Positions 9,729-20,400 of a stretch of 64,000 bases of DNA are shown piece by piece. Below the pieces are notes generated by a model, which ran no database searches, was not told the DNA's origin, and was given only the letters and a program-made list of their open reading frames with translations. The position numbers and the translations under genes were made by a program. Each line of letters starts with the position of its first letter. Positions within the stretch are counted from its first letter, which is position 1. This stretch comes from Candidatus Thalassarchaeaceae archaeon (GTDB lineage: Archaea; Thermoplasmatota; Poseidoniia; Poseidoniales; Thalassarchaeaceae): positions 53,566 through 117,565 of the forward strand of contig JAJPRD010000001.1 in NCBI GenBank assembly GCA_023700255.1, in the 5' to 3' direction.

Positions 9729-12700
9729 TCTATTTGACTTACAATATATTTCACGGTAACTCCATCAACCTCGAATGAATCGAAATTATTTGATATATTT
9801 TCTTCGTTAAGTGTTGCATCCCCTGCTCTCGTTTCTGTCTGAATATGATTCCAATCCTCTGCAAATAAATCTTGTCCATCCACCCAAACTTCAAGTTTTA
9901 TTGATGATTCAATATCAAAATTAATTTCTTTTCTTTTAGCCTGAACATGCCTAATTATGTCTCTTGCCAATCCTTTCGATAATAATTCGTCATTAAGTTT
10001 CATATCTAATACTAGAGATACATCTCCAATTTCGTCGATAGATATAGTTGCCGCAGCATACCCATCTTTCTCAACTCTCTTGATTTCTATATCTTCCATA
10101 GTGATGTCATAACCTTCTATGATACAAATCTCTGCTTCTATTTCAAGTAGGATGTTATCTGGGTCCGCATCTGCCAATAAGTCCAATACTGCTGGTAAAT
10201 CTTGTCTACATTTCTTGCCTAATGCTTTACGATTTGGAGCGATTTGGATCTTTTGAAAACGATCTAAATCATCTTCAGTAGTTAACAATTCAACGTTTAA
10301 TTCCTCTGCTAAAATCTCATGGAACTCCGAAATATCTGGTCCTCCTACAATCCAACCGGATTTACACGGTAGCCGTTGCCTTCTACCAGCATTTACGCGC
10401 ACTCTTCTGCCAGTCTCTGCTAATTTTCTTACTAGAGCCATTTCTTGTTCCAAGACCCAGTTTTGAGGAGGTAAGTTACTAGGGACTAGTGATGAACCTA
10501 CTGGCCAATCAGTTAAATGAACTGATGTTCCAGTCAAATCTCTGTGTATTTGGTCAGGTATGAAAGGCGCTACTGGTGCCATTAGACGACAAACTGTCAA
10601 TAAAACTTCATGCAAGGTATGTTGACAGGCTCTTTTATCATTACTATCATCTTCATTCCAAAGACGTCTTCTCGATCTTCTAACATACCAGTTTGATAAA
10701 TCATTAATTACGAAATTTTCTAACTCTCTACCCGCTTTATGGAAATCCCATGATATGAAATTTTCATGGTAAGTCTCCGCAACGGTAGCCATACGGGACA
10801 GTATCCATTTGTCAAGAGGACTTCTATCTTTGACATTTATTTTCCCGGATTTTTCATCAGGATCAAAGCCATCTAAGGCTGCATAATCGGAATAGAAACG
10901 ATGAACATTCCATAGCGTCAAGAACATTTTCGCATAAGATTCTCTAACTCCATTAGAGTCAAAGTTAGTTGGTGTCCAAGGGGCACTCTGGGTCATCATA
11001 TACCATCGAATTGAATCGGATCCTTCTTTATTGAAATGATCCCATGGATTAACTACATTCCCTCTTGACTTACTCATTTTCTTCCCATCTTTATCCAATA
11101 TATGCCCTAGTGATAGGCATCTCTTATATGCGACATTATCGAAAACAGTTGTTGATACGGCAAGTAATGAATAGAACCACCCTCTTGTTTGGTCGACAGC
11201 TTCACAAATATAATCGACAGGAAATACTCCTTCGAATTTTTCTTTATTCTCAAATGGATAATGCCACTGAGCGAAAGATGCGCATCCTGAATCAAACCAG
11301 CAATCCATTACATAAGGTTCTCTAATCATCTCTCCTGAACATCCTTTATTGTTGCAATTTAATTTCACATCATCTACATATGGTCGATGTAATTCGGGAG
11401 GTGTCGGTGAATCATTAGTTTTCATAGAAATCATTTCATCAATACTTCCTATACAATGTTCATGTTGACAATCTTGACATATCCATACTGGAATCGGTGT
11501 CCCCCAGTATCTTTCACGACTTATTGCCCAGTCTTTGATATTTGATAGCCATTCGCCCATCCTCTTTGCTCCAGTCCATTCTGGAGCCCATTCAACTTGT
11601 GAATTAAATTCAAGAATTTGTTCACGAACCGCAGTCATTCTTACGAACCAACTATCCATGGCATAGTACAACAATGGATGATCAGTTCTCCAACAGTGTG
11701 GGTAATCGTGAGTGTAAATATGTTCTCGGTATAACTGCCCATTAGAACTCAACAAGTCAATTATATCTGAATCACATTCTTTGACATATCTATTATCTAG
11801 TGTCTCATGTGTTCCTTCTATGAATTTTCCATCTATTCCAACAGTATGCTGTGCCGGAAATCCTTCTTTCATTCCAAGGTTATAATCATCTTCTCCATAC
11901 ATTACAGCAGTATGAACGACTCCAGTGCCATCACTCGTAGTGACAAAGTCTGCTCCAACTACAGTCCATGCATTGGAATTTTCTCCATCTATAGCTCCGG
12001 GGAATAGTGGTTCATATGATTTGCCTAATAATTCAGAACCAGGGAACTCTTCTAAAACTTCCATTTTATGTCGTAGAACATTTCCAAGTAAATCTTTAGC
12101 CAATATCAATTCTTCTCCAACATCTGCTCCCCCCCTACCTTCCCAAGAATTTGAAGGTTCAGTAGTAATTTTTACTCGACAGTAGGTGACTTCTGGTCCC
12201 ACAGCTAGACCAACATTACCAGGCAAAGTCCAAGGCGTAGTAGTCCAGGCTAATATTGAGGAATTACTATCTTTTAATTGGAATTTAACAAAAACTGCCG
12301 GTTCTGAAACTTCTTTGTACCCTTGGGCTACTTCGTGGCTAGAGTAACTTGTTCCAGTCTGTGGACAGTATGGTAAAACTTTGTGACCTCTGAATAGAAG
12401 TCCTTTGTCAAACATTTGTTTTAATGACCACCAAGCGGATTCTATATAATTGTCATGAAGAGTGACATACGGGTCATCCATATCTACCCAGAATCCCATT
12501 CTTTCAGTCATTTCTCTCCAAGCTTGTTCATAGGTCCAAACACTTTCTTTACATTTCTGATTGAATGCTTCCATACCATAAGCCTCAATAGCTTCATTAG
12601 ACATCAAATCAAGTTGCTTCTGAACCTCAATTTCTACAGGCAGACCATGAGTGTCCCAGCCGGCCTTTCTCTCAACAATATGGCCTTCCATAGTTTTCCA

Positions 12701-12916
12701 TCTACAAACCATGTCTTTGTAGAGTCTTGATATTACATGATGTATTCCAGGTTTTCCATTGGCAGTAGGAGGTCCTTCGAGGAAGGTAAATGGTGACTCG
12801 CCACCTCTACGATTTTCAATAGACTCAGCGAATGTTTTCTCATTATTCCATATTTCAATTAAAGAGGTCTCAAGAGCGACCGGGTCGAGTTCACCAGCTG
12901 CCTTAGGTACGGTCAT
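9725..12916 (-). CDS. ileS: isoleucine--tRNA ligase
   Basis: 1063 aa. HIGH region (PPTANGKPGIHHV). KMSKS (KMSKSRGN). Editing domain. C-terminal zinc-binding Cys. Archaeal/eukaryal-type length. Confidence 0.95.
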   Translation of the reverse strand: MTVPKAAGELDPVALETSLIEIWNNEKTFAESIENRRGGESPFTFLEGPPTANGKPGIHHVISRLYKDMVCRWKTMEGHIVERKAGWDTHGLPVEIEVQKQLDLMSNEAIEAYGMEAFNQKCKESVWTYEQAWREMTERMGFWVDMDDPYVTLHDNYIESAWWSLKQMFDKGLLFRGHKVLPYCPQTGTSYSSHEVAQGYKEVSEPAVFVKFQLKDSNSSILAWTTTPWTLPGNVGLAVGPEVTYCRVKITTEPSNSWEGRGGADVGEELILAKDLLGNVLRHKMEVLEEFPGSELLGKSYEPLFPGAIDGENSNAWTVVGADFVTTSDGTGVVHTAVMYGEDDYNLGMKEGFPAQHTVGIDGKFIEGTHETLDNRYVKECDSDIIDLLSSNGQLYREHIYTHDYPHCWRTDHPLLYYAMDSWFVRMTAVREQILEFNSQVEWAPEWTGAKRMGEWLSNIKDWAISRERYWGTPIPVWICQDCQHEHCIGSIDEMISMKTNDSPTPPELHRPYVDDVKLNCNNKGCSGEMIREPYVMDCWFDSGCASFAQWHYPFENKEKFEGVFPVDYICEAVDQTRGWFYSLLAVSTTVFDNVAYKRCLSLGHILDKDGKKMSKSRGNVVNPWDHFNKEGSDSIRWYMMTQSAPWTPTNFDSNGVRESYAKMFLTLWNVHRFYSDYAALDGFDPDEKSGKINVKDRSPLDKWILSRMATVAETYHENFISWDFHKAGRELENFVINDLSNWYVRRSRRRLWNEDDSNDKRACQHTLHEVLLTVCRLMAPVAPFIPDQIHRDLTGTSVHLTDWPVGSSLVPSNLPPQNWVLEQEMALVRKLAETGRRVRVNAGRRQRLPCKSGWIVGGPDISEFHEILAEELNVELLTTEDDLDRFQKIQIAPNRKALGKKCRQDLPAVLDLLADADPDNILLEIEAEICIIEGYDITMEDIEIKRVEKDGYAAATISIDEIGDVSLVLDMKLNDELLSKGLARDIIRHVQAKRKEINFDIESSIKLEVWVDGQDLFAEDWNHIQTETRAGDATLNEENISNNFDSFEVDGVTVKYIVSQID

Positions 12917-13021
12917 GTTGATACCGACAGGATATGCTTTCTTGAACGTGACGAATCAAGATGAAACTGAATTACCAAATAACCACGCCTTCAAAAGGTA
13001 GTGCCTAGTGGAAGATATTAG

Positions 13022-13663
13022 ATGTCAGAGGCAGTTTCAATAGAGGTTGGTGGAATGACCTGTACCGGTTGCTCTGATAGAGTCAGAAATGCTCTTGAAG
13101 AAATCACTGGAGTTCATTCAGCGGAAGTTTCTCATGAATCAGGAATAGCTATAATTCAACATGAGAATGTATCTAGAGATTCAATGGCATCTAGTATCCA
13201 GTCGATAGGCTATACAGTTGATGGTAAGGGTGAAGAATTTAATTGGCGCGATAGTAGTGTTTGGAAACAATCAGCACACAATACAAAGTGGTGTTTAGTT
13301 GGTTGCAGCATTGGTGATTTTGGCACTATTGCATCATTCCAATTTGTATTTACTGATTCAGGCTGGACTCCTATGATGATCATGGCGCTGGCTATGTTTA
13401 ATGGAATTATGACCTCCATCGCACTTGAGACAGCAATATTATCTGCTCAAATGGCTTTGAAAGAGGCTTTCAAGGTAGCAGTCGGGATGTCATTAATTTC
13501 AATGATTTCTATGGAGGCTGCAATGAATACAGTGGATTTAGTTTTGACAGGTGGTGCCAAACTTACCTGGTGGGTAATTATACCTATGTTCATAGCGGGA
13601 TTCCTTGCTCCTTGGCCATATAATTATTGGAGACTGAAGAAATACGGTGTCGCATGTCATTAA
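13022..13663 (+). CDS. heavy-metal-associated (HMA) domain fused to a 4-TM membrane domain; putative metal-binding or transport protein
   Basis: N-terminal GMTCTGC (MxCxxC) HMA motif. The C-terminal half is hydrophobic, with a CLVGC pair in the first helix. Confidence 0.6.
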   Translation: MSEAVSIEVGGMTCTGCSDRVRNALEEITGVHSAEVSHESGIAIIQHENVSRDSMASSIQSIGYTVDGKGEEFNWRDSSVWKQSAHNTKWCLVGCSIGDFGTIASFQFVFTDSGWTPMMIMALAMFNGIMTSIALETAILSAQMALKEAFKVAVGMSLISMISMEAAMNTVDLVLTGGAKLTWWVIIPMFIAGFLAPWPYNYWRLKKYGVACH

Positions 13664-13675
13664 GGTGGTATTAGA

Positions 13676-14461
13676 ATGTCGAAATGGAAGAGTCTTAGCG
13701 AAGATATCTCCAATTGGATTTTGAATTATGCCAATAGCAATAATATTTCTACTCTAGTAGTTGGAGTTTCAGGAGGTATCGATTCTGCTGTGACTTCTAC
13801 ACTTTGTGCTAAAACAGGTTTGAGAACTCTAGTAGTCAATATGCCGATACATCAGAATGATTCTGAGTATAATCTTTCTAATCAACATATGATGTGGTTG
13901 AGGTCAAATTGGGATAATGTCGAAAGTCATGTCATTAACTTATCAGAAACTTTTGATGTTTTGAAAAACGAACTTAGTAAGAAAAAAGTCTCTGATCTCG
14001 CCATGGCAAATACTAGAGCTAGAATTCGAATGACTGCATTGTATTCGTTAGCTGGTTCAAATAATGGTATAGTGGTAGGTACTGGGAATAAGGTTGAAGA
14101 TTTGGGGGTAGGATTCTTCACCAAGTATGGAGACGGAGGTGTAGATATTTCTCCTATTGCTGATTTGTATAAATCAGAGGTTTACTCCTTAGCAGAGTCA
14201 TTAGATGTAATTGCTGAGATTCAGAATGCATCACCTACTGACGGATTATGGGATGATGGTAGAACCGATGAAGATCAAATAGGTGCTACATATGATGAGT
14301 TAGAATGGGCTATGAATGAAATTGAGAATCCATCTGTTGAAATAGAACTTAATGAAAGACTTGCCCAAGTGATGAAAATATATCTAAAACTTAATCTAAT
14401 GAATTCTCACAAAATGCACCCTATTCCTATTTTCAAAAACACAAACAGAAAACTCCAATAA
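13676..14461 (+). CDS. nadE: NH3-dependent NAD+ synthetase
   Basis: PP-loop SGGIDSAV. NadE fold length of about 260 aa. Downstream NadE motifs (GTGNK..D, YGDGG). Confidence 0.85.
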   Translation: MSKWKSLSEDISNWILNYANSNNISTLVVGVSGGIDSAVTSTLCAKTGLRTLVVNMPIHQNDSEYNLSNQHMMWLRSNWDNVESHVINLSETFDVLKNELSKKKVSDLAMANTRARIRMTALYSLAGSNNGIVVGTGNKVEDLGVGFFTKYGDGGVDISPIADLYKSEVYSLAESLDVIAEIQNASPTDGLWDDGRTDEDQIGATYDELEWAMNEIENPSVEIELNERLAQVMKIYLKLNLMNSHKMHPIPIFKNTNRKLQ

Positions 14462-14483
14462 GTAGATTAGACATAAGAAGTCT

Positions 14484-15005
14484 ATGGAATCAAATCAAAG
14501 TTATGCAGATAGCGGCCACCTTATGGCAGTTGAATTCGATAAAAAGATAACTATTTATTGGTGGATGGTTGCTAATTTGACTTTACTTTCCAGTATTGTT
14601 GGTATACCATTGATGATTTTCTGGTTGCCATTTGGATGGTTAGTTCATCTGAAACAGTACCAGCACATGTCCGCGGCATTGACTGATCGTTCGGTTAACA
14701 TGCGCGTGGGTTGGATGTTCAAGAAACAGCAGAATATTCCATTAGACAAGCTAACTGATGTGTCAATACATGAGGGACCAATTCTGAATGCATTTGGAGT
14801 TGTCAAGATGCAGTTCGAGACTGCTGGAGCTGCTCCATTCATTTTAACCGGGGTAAAAAACTCCAGTGAATTCCGTGACCTTGTACTGAAGCAAAGAGAC
14901 TTATTAGTTTCTAATCCCCAGCAAATGTCACCTTCAGTAGGCTCAAATGATGTACTTGTCGAGATTAGAGATTTACTAAAGAGTATAGATTCTAGACTCG
15001 AATAA
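14484..15005 (+). CDS. membrane-flanked bacterial PH (bPH_2 / YdbS-like) domain protein
   Basis: A TM hairpin followed by a PH-like block (RSVNMRVGWMFKKQQNIPLDKLTDVSI). Confidence 0.5.
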   Translation: MESNQSYADSGHLMAVEFDKKITIYWWMVANLTLLSSIVGIPLMIFWLPFGWLVHLKQYQHMSAALTDRSVNMRVGWMFKKQQNIPLDKLTDVSIHEGPILNAFGVVKMQFETAGAAPFILTGVKNSSEFRDLVLKQRDLLVSNPQQMSPSVGSNDVLVEIRDLLKSIDSRLE

Positions 15006-15077
15006 GACGCACGTTAGTGATGAATTGTTCAATGTCATGTTACAAAATACCAATACTGGTTACTTCCCGCAATATAC

Positions 15078-15605
15078 ATGGCTGAAGATCTCGAGGAACC
15101 AAAATACGACTTAGTTAGTAATTTCGGGTCTTTTGAGACTCGTCTTTATCATGATACAATACAAGCTCGTGTTAATACAAATAGTGAAGATCAAGATAGC
15201 ATTTCTAATGGCTTCAGAACTATAGCGGGATACATATTCGGAAGTAATGATTCAGGTGAAAAAATAGCGATGACCGCTCCAGTTCATATGTGGAGCGAAC
15301 AGGGGATTATGAAAATGGCTTTTACAATGCCTTCTGAGCACGATTTATCTGATTTACCAGTGCCCAATAATTCATCTATTGAGGTTGTAGAGGTCACTGG
15401 AAGATTGACTGCTGTAATGAAATTTTCTGGTTTTGCAGGCCGAGCAAAGATTCGTAAATTAAGTGTCAATCTTTTAAAATTAATTTCACAAAATAAATTA
15501 GAACCTATATCCTCTCACATCTTGGCAATTTATGACAATCCTTGGACTACATTGCCTTTCTTGAGAAGAAATGAGATATTGGTGCCAATAAAAGATAATT
15601 CTTAG
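15078..15605 (+). CDS. SOUL/HBP heme-binding family protein
   Basis: IAMTAPV core, FSGFAG, and IYDNPWT...RRNEILVPI are typical of SOUL heme-binding proteins. Confidence 0.65.
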   Translation: MAEDLEEPKYDLVSNFGSFETRLYHDTIQARVNTNSEDQDSISNGFRTIAGYIFGSNDSGEKIAMTAPVHMWSEQGIMKMAFTMPSEHDLSDLPVPNNSSIEVVEVTGRLTAVMKFSGFAGRAKIRKLSVNLLKLISQNKLEPISSHILAIYDNPWTTLPFLRRNEILVPIKDNS

Positions 15606-15621
15606 TTTTATATGATATAGT

Positions 15622-16353
15622 TTGAAGGTGCGAGATATGAATATGCAGAGGTGTGGTGAAGATGAAGTTCTTGCAGCTATTGAGGGTGATGAAAAAATCA
15701 GTCTTATTTTAGTTAAGAGAGATACTACATCAATTAAACTTACAACGATTATATCTTACGCTGAAAAATCGGGTATTAAAATTATTCATGGGTCTGAAAA
15801 TGACCTCTGGCGTATGTCTCGGGACAATAGTAATGGTATTCCAAATATACTTGCTTTAGTCGGCCGTAACCCCGATTCATCTTTGGAAGAGGTATTTTCT
15901 AGTGGTGGACTTGTTTGGCTTCTTGCAGGGGCAGCATATCCAGTGAATATCGGTTTCTGTATTCGTACTGCTGAAGTTTCTGGAGCAAATGCAGTCATAA
16001 TCGACGCTCAACTCAATAATCATGAAAGAAGTGCTGCAAAACGTGCCTCGATGAAAGCTCATAGATTTTTACCCGTTCATTGGACATCTGGCTATGAAGC
16101 TATATTAATGGCTAAGAAATTCGGTTTTCGAATAATTTCAGTAGAAGATGTAGGTGAATCTGCACCATGGGATGTAGATATGACTGGTAATGTGGTTCTG
16201 ATAGTAGGTGGTGAAAGGAATGGAATACCTGCAGATATTTTAGCGGAATCCGATGAAATAGTTCGTATACCTATGTCTGGTTTTGTTCAATCATTTAATT
16301 TACAGGCTCCATTAAGTGCGGTTGCCATTGAAGCACAAAGACAGAGAAGTTAG
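15622..16353 (+). CDS. SPOUT-class RNA 2'-O-methyltransferase (TrmH/SpoU family) with an N-terminal L30e-like domain
   Basis: LIVGGERNGIP and SFNLQAPLSAVAIE SpoU motifs. About 240 aa. Confidence 0.75.
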   Translation: MKVRDMNMQRCGEDEVLAAIEGDEKISLILVKRDTTSIKLTTIISYAEKSGIKIIHGSENDLWRMSRDNSNGIPNILALVGRNPDSSLEEVFSSGGLVWLLAGAAYPVNIGFCIRTAEVSGANAVIIDAQLNNHERSAAKRASMKAHRFLPVHWTSGYEAILMAKKFGFRIISVEDVGESAPWDVDMTGNVVLIVGGERNGIPADILAESDEIVRIPMSGFVQSFNLQAPLSAVAIEAQRQRS

Positions 16354-16410
16354 TCGATAACCATAAAATCACCTTTATGCTTTATTGAGTTCCTATACAG
16401 CCCGTCTATT

Positions 16411-18156
16411 GTGAATGTACCAGATGAGTTGATCTTGATGCTTGATGGCAAGCATGGACCTACTAAACAGAAGGCCGCGCGACTTGTCGTAGATCTTGCC
16501 TCTACAGCAGGGGCAACTGAATTTGTTAGATGTGAACATGCTCATGTTTCAGGAGTTAGCGTAATTACTGGAGGCCATGGTCTCCGTAGATTTCTTTCAG
16601 ATTTAGCAGGTGATACTGAAGGTGTTGTTTCAATACCAACAACTCTGAATTCGGCTGGTTGTGATAGGGAGAAAATGGAAGAAATGGGTATTGATTATCC
16701 TGATTTTTTGAAGCATCAGTTTGAAATTATCGAAGCTTATTCGAATTTAGGAATTGATGCCACCTTATCTTGCACACCTTATGACAGAGGAGTGGAATTA
16801 GCTGAAGGAATTGGTTCTTGGGCTGAATCAAATGCAGTTTGTTTCTCGAATTCTTATACTTCTCTAATTACGAACAGAGAATCAGGATTATCCGCATTAG
16901 CTACAGCATTAACCGGCTGGGCTCCTCTATGGGGTCTTCATCTTGAAATGAATCGATTCCCTAATATTCATGTTAAAGTTCAATGTTCAATGTCTAATAT
17001 TTCCGATTGGAGTATATTGGGTGATTGGATAGGCAAACAGATTCGTCCTGAATGGAAATTACCATGGGGAATGATGCCTCACATTTCGGGTCTCCCTGAA
17101 CACGCTAGTTTTGAAATGCGCAAAGCTCTAACTGCAGCAGCTGCAAATTATGGTTGTCCTATGCTTTGGGCTGATGGCCATACAGTATCTCCTCCTGATC
17201 TTAATTTATATGAAGGTGAATTAGAATTTACTGAACATGATTTACAGCTTCGTTATCAGCAATTAGCACCCAAAGGAATTGTTGACTTAGTAGTAATTGG
17301 CTGTCCGCAAGCAAGTGTCGGCGAAGTTAGAACCACAGCTGCTTATGTGCGTTCTCGAATGGAATTAGGTGAAATTATTCCAAATCAAAGATTATGGATA
17401 TTCACCAGCGGTCATAATTATGAGATATTAGAATCGGATGGGACTATCGATCTTCTTGAAGATGCTGGTGCTCTAGTTTTGAGGGATACATGCCCGGAAG
17501 TAACTCCTTATAATAGAAATAAATACAACCATATTTTGACAAATTCTCTAAAGGCAGAACACTATCTTACTTCGGGTTTGAATAAAATGCCTACCAGCGT
17601 ATCTACAATTTCTGAATGCGTATCTCACGCTTTTGACCCTAATTTAATTGAATCACCAAGACCTAAATTAGATTCTAGTAATGCCAAGCCAATGTACTCT
17701 AATAAGTCTCATCAATCTGGCCAAATAAGTATTACTGGGAAAAGTATTCCAAGTCAAAATGAATGGGTAGTCGAAGGTACTGCTTTAGTTACTGATGTCC
17801 CAATTACATACTTGGGATACGTGAATCGAGATACTGGAGTTATAGAAGAAAAAGGTCATCCTCTCGATGGCGTAGCAATTGAAGATACTGTTCTGATATA
17901 TCCTAAAGGTTCTGGTTCAACCGTTGCTCCATTTGTATTAATGGGATTGATATATACAGGGAAAGGCCCTAAAGCGATTATAAATTGTGATGTTTGTCCC
18001 CTTACTTTACCAGCGGCTTCGTTACTTAATGTACCTTATGCGCATGGTTTTGCCTCTAACCCTACTCTAGACATTAACAATGGGGATAGAGTATCAGTAT
18101 CTCTTGAAGATGGAATTGTTCGTCTCTCAGTCATATCTCGCACAAGCGAGGATTGA
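16411..18156 (+). CDS. aconitase X family protein, fused large (DUF521) and small (DUF126) subunits; candidate phosphomevalonate dehydratase
   Basis: The N-terminus, MLDGKHGPTKQKAARLVVDLAS, resembles AcnX large-subunit starts. The C-terminal roughly 130 aa is a swivel-like DUF126 region (GYVNRDTGVIEEKGHPLDG...KGSGSTVAPFVL). GTG start. Confidence 0.65.
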   Translation: MNVPDELILMLDGKHGPTKQKAARLVVDLASTAGATEFVRCEHAHVSGVSVITGGHGLRRFLSDLAGDTEGVVSIPTTLNSAGCDREKMEEMGIDYPDFLKHQFEIIEAYSNLGIDATLSCTPYDRGVELAEGIGSWAESNAVCFSNSYTSLITNRESGLSALATALTGWAPLWGLHLEMNRFPNIHVKVQCSMSNISDWSILGDWIGKQIRPEWKLPWGMMPHISGLPEHASFEMRKALTAAAANYGCPMLWADGHTVSPPDLNLYEGELEFTEHDLQLRYQQLAPKGIVDLVVIGCPQASVGEVRTTAAYVRSRMELGEIIPNQRLWIFTSGHNYEILESDGTIDLLEDAGALVLRDTCPEVTPYNRNKYNHILTNSLKAEHYLTSGLNKMPTSVSTISECVSHAFDPNLIESPRPKLDSSNAKPMYSNKSHQSGQISITGKSIPSQNEWVVEGTALVTDVPITYLGYVNRDTGVIEEKGHPLDGVAIEDTVLIYPKGSGSTVAPFVLMGLIYTGKGPKAIINCDVCPLTLPAASLLNVPYAHGFASNPTLDINNGDRVSVSLEDGIVRLSVISRTSED

Positions 18157-18182
18157 TGACTCGATAGTGTCACAGACCTCTT

Positions 18183-20324
18183 GTGAGTACCCGTCCTGAT
18201 CCTGTTCCTTGCCGCCCTCAAGATTTAGGGAAATTTGAGATTTTACAACGCGATGGTTCCGCAAGAATTGGACGTTTACATACTAAACACGGTATGCTCA
18301 ACACTCCAATGCTTCTTCCAGTAGTCAATCCTAATATTCGAACCATAGAACCTCGAGAAATGTGGGATAAATATCGAGTCGATGGTCTAATTACAAACTC
18401 TTATGTGATGTGGAAACATAATGATTTAAGTGAATATGCTCTAGAACATGGAGTCCATAAATTGATTGATTTTCCTGGTGTTGTTGTAACTGATTCTGGT
18501 ACATTCCAGTCTTATGTATATGGTGATGTTGAAGTTGGAGTTGAAGAGATAGTCGAATTTCAGAGAGATATTGGAGTAGATGTGGGGACTATGCTTGATG
18601 TATTCGGTCGACCTGATATGAGTCGAGACCAAATTATTTCTGCAGTTGATATAACTGCAGAAAGAGCGCCTATTTCTCTTGAAAAGGCAGGTGAGGGACT
18701 ACTTCTTAATGGGCCTATTCAAGGAGGTTTACATGATGATCTTAGAGCATTGGCAGGACAAGTTATGGGAGATGTCAGTGGCGTCCATAGAGGATTCACA
18801 GTTCACCCAATAGGTGGAATAGTGCCTTTAATGGAGAATCAAAAGTATAGAGAGTTATTTCAAATTCTTCTTTCCGCTAAATCTACTTTACCACCAAATA
18901 GACCGATTCATCTATTCGGATGTGGTCACCCACTACTTTTCCCGATGTCAATTGCTCTGGGAGTGGATATTTTTGATTCTGCTGCTTATGCACTTTTTGC
19001 TAGAGGTGGTCGTCTTCTAACACCTACTGGGACAGTTCGATTAGAAGAAATACAAGAATGGCCTCATCAATCTTCTGAACTATTTAATTGGACTCCTGAG
19101 GAGGTGCGAGGGATGGAATCTAAAGAACGTGAGAAAGTGTTAGCTAGACATAATTTGGAAGTCACTCAATCGGAATTAGCACGCTGCCGTGAAGCAATCC
19201 GAAATGGTAAAATATGGCAACTTGCAGAAGAAAGAAGTCATTCATCAGGTCAATTAAGAGAAGCATTTTTATGGGTTTTAGAACAATTAGATGAACCTGA
19301 TGATGGTCCGGTGGGAGTTTCTGCAATGAGGATGATTTCATCTACTAATCCTGTAAGGAGTGGTGGTGAAAACTTAGTCGATGATATTGAAGAAAGACCT
19401 CATATTTTACATTTCAAATCATTACTTTCTATGAGGTGGAGAATCCCTGGTTCTTGGTGGGACGGTTCTTCAGGCCCTCCTAAGCGTGTTGTAATAATTG
19501 AGGGTTCCAAACCTCCATGGAGAGACAGCTCATTACATACAGTAATTTCCAGTTTGAAAGAGGAACCAAACTCGATAGTCGTTATATCAACTCCCATTGG
19601 TTTAATCCCTTATAGTATGGAAGATGTGTCCCCTTGGTGTCATATTGATGGTTCTGATGAAATTTGGGACTTGCCATTAGATGAAGATGAGATAGTTGAG
19701 GAGTTAGATGAATTAGATTTATCTGACTTGCCATTTATTAGAATTTCACCAGGCCCAGTTCCTGAAGAAAAAATCGAAGGGTCTCAAATAATTCGTGATT
19801 GGCTAGATAAATGTTCGATAGTGGATAAACTTTCGGTTTTGAACGGTTTATCTCCAACTTATGGCTGTAAGATAACGTCGGATATGACAAGTAGGAGGTC
19901 GAAAACAGATAGGATGGTAAATCTATATTCAAAGGGAGTTCATGTCATCTCTCCTCGACTAAATGATGGAGGGATTTCTTTAACCTTGGAGGGTGCACGA
20001 CTGCTTCATTCTTATTCATCCAAACCTCCTCTTTCTTTTGGTGAAGAATATAGTGGTGAAGAATTAGATCATCCAGGTATTGCTAGAGTGATGATTATAG
20101 ATGACGCAATACCATTTGTGGGTCAAGGTAGGAATGTCATGCAAGGTTATGTTTTAGGGGCTGACCCTCATCTTATTCCGGGCCAGCCGTGCTTAGTCGT
20201 AGATTCTAAGGGTAATTTGGTTGCCCATGGTCTTGCTATAACTACTGCTAGAGAAATGGCATATCTCAATAAAGGCCTAGCGGTTAGAATCCGTGATGGT
20301 GCCCTTAAGGATTCAGATATTTAA
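18183..20324 (+). CDS. tgtA: archaeosine tRNA-guanine transglycosylase (TGT catalytic domain + C-terminal PUA)
   Basis: FEILQRDGSARIGRLHTKHG and LPVVNP TGT motifs. Zinc-site Cys/His. C-terminal PUA-like block GYVLGADPHLIPGQPCLVVDSKGNLVAHG. GTG start. Confidence 0.85.
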   Translation: MSTRPDPVPCRPQDLGKFEILQRDGSARIGRLHTKHGMLNTPMLLPVVNPNIRTIEPREMWDKYRVDGLITNSYVMWKHNDLSEYALEHGVHKLIDFPGVVVTDSGTFQSYVYGDVEVGVEEIVEFQRDIGVDVGTMLDVFGRPDMSRDQIISAVDITAERAPISLEKAGEGLLLNGPIQGGLHDDLRALAGQVMGDVSGVHRGFTVHPIGGIVPLMENQKYRELFQILLSAKSTLPPNRPIHLFGCGHPLLFPMSIALGVDIFDSAAYALFARGGRLLTPTGTVRLEEIQEWPHQSSELFNWTPEEVRGMESKEREKVLARHNLEVTQSELARCREAIRNGKIWQLAEERSHSSGQLREAFLWVLEQLDEPDDGPVGVSAMRMISSTNPVRSGGENLVDDIEERPHILHFKSLLSMRWRIPGSWWDGSSGPPKRVVIIEGSKPPWRDSSLHTVISSLKEEPNSIVVISTPIGLIPYSMEDVSPWCHIDGSDEIWDLPLDEDEIVEELDELDLSDLPFIRISPGPVPEEKIEGSQIIRDWLDKCSIVDKLSVLNGLSPTYGCKITSDMTSRRSKTDRMVNLYSKGVHVISPRLNDGGISLTLEGARLLHSYSSKPPLSFGEEYSGEELDHPGIARVMIIDDAIPFVGQGRNVMQGYVLGADPHLIPGQPCLVVDSKGNLVAHGLAITTAREMAYLNKGLAVRIRDGALKDSDI

Positions 20325-20400
20325 TCAGGTCTTGCAGGCGATTGATTCAATAGCACAAATTCTAACGAAGTGATGACACCCGTAGGGTGTAGGTGATTTT

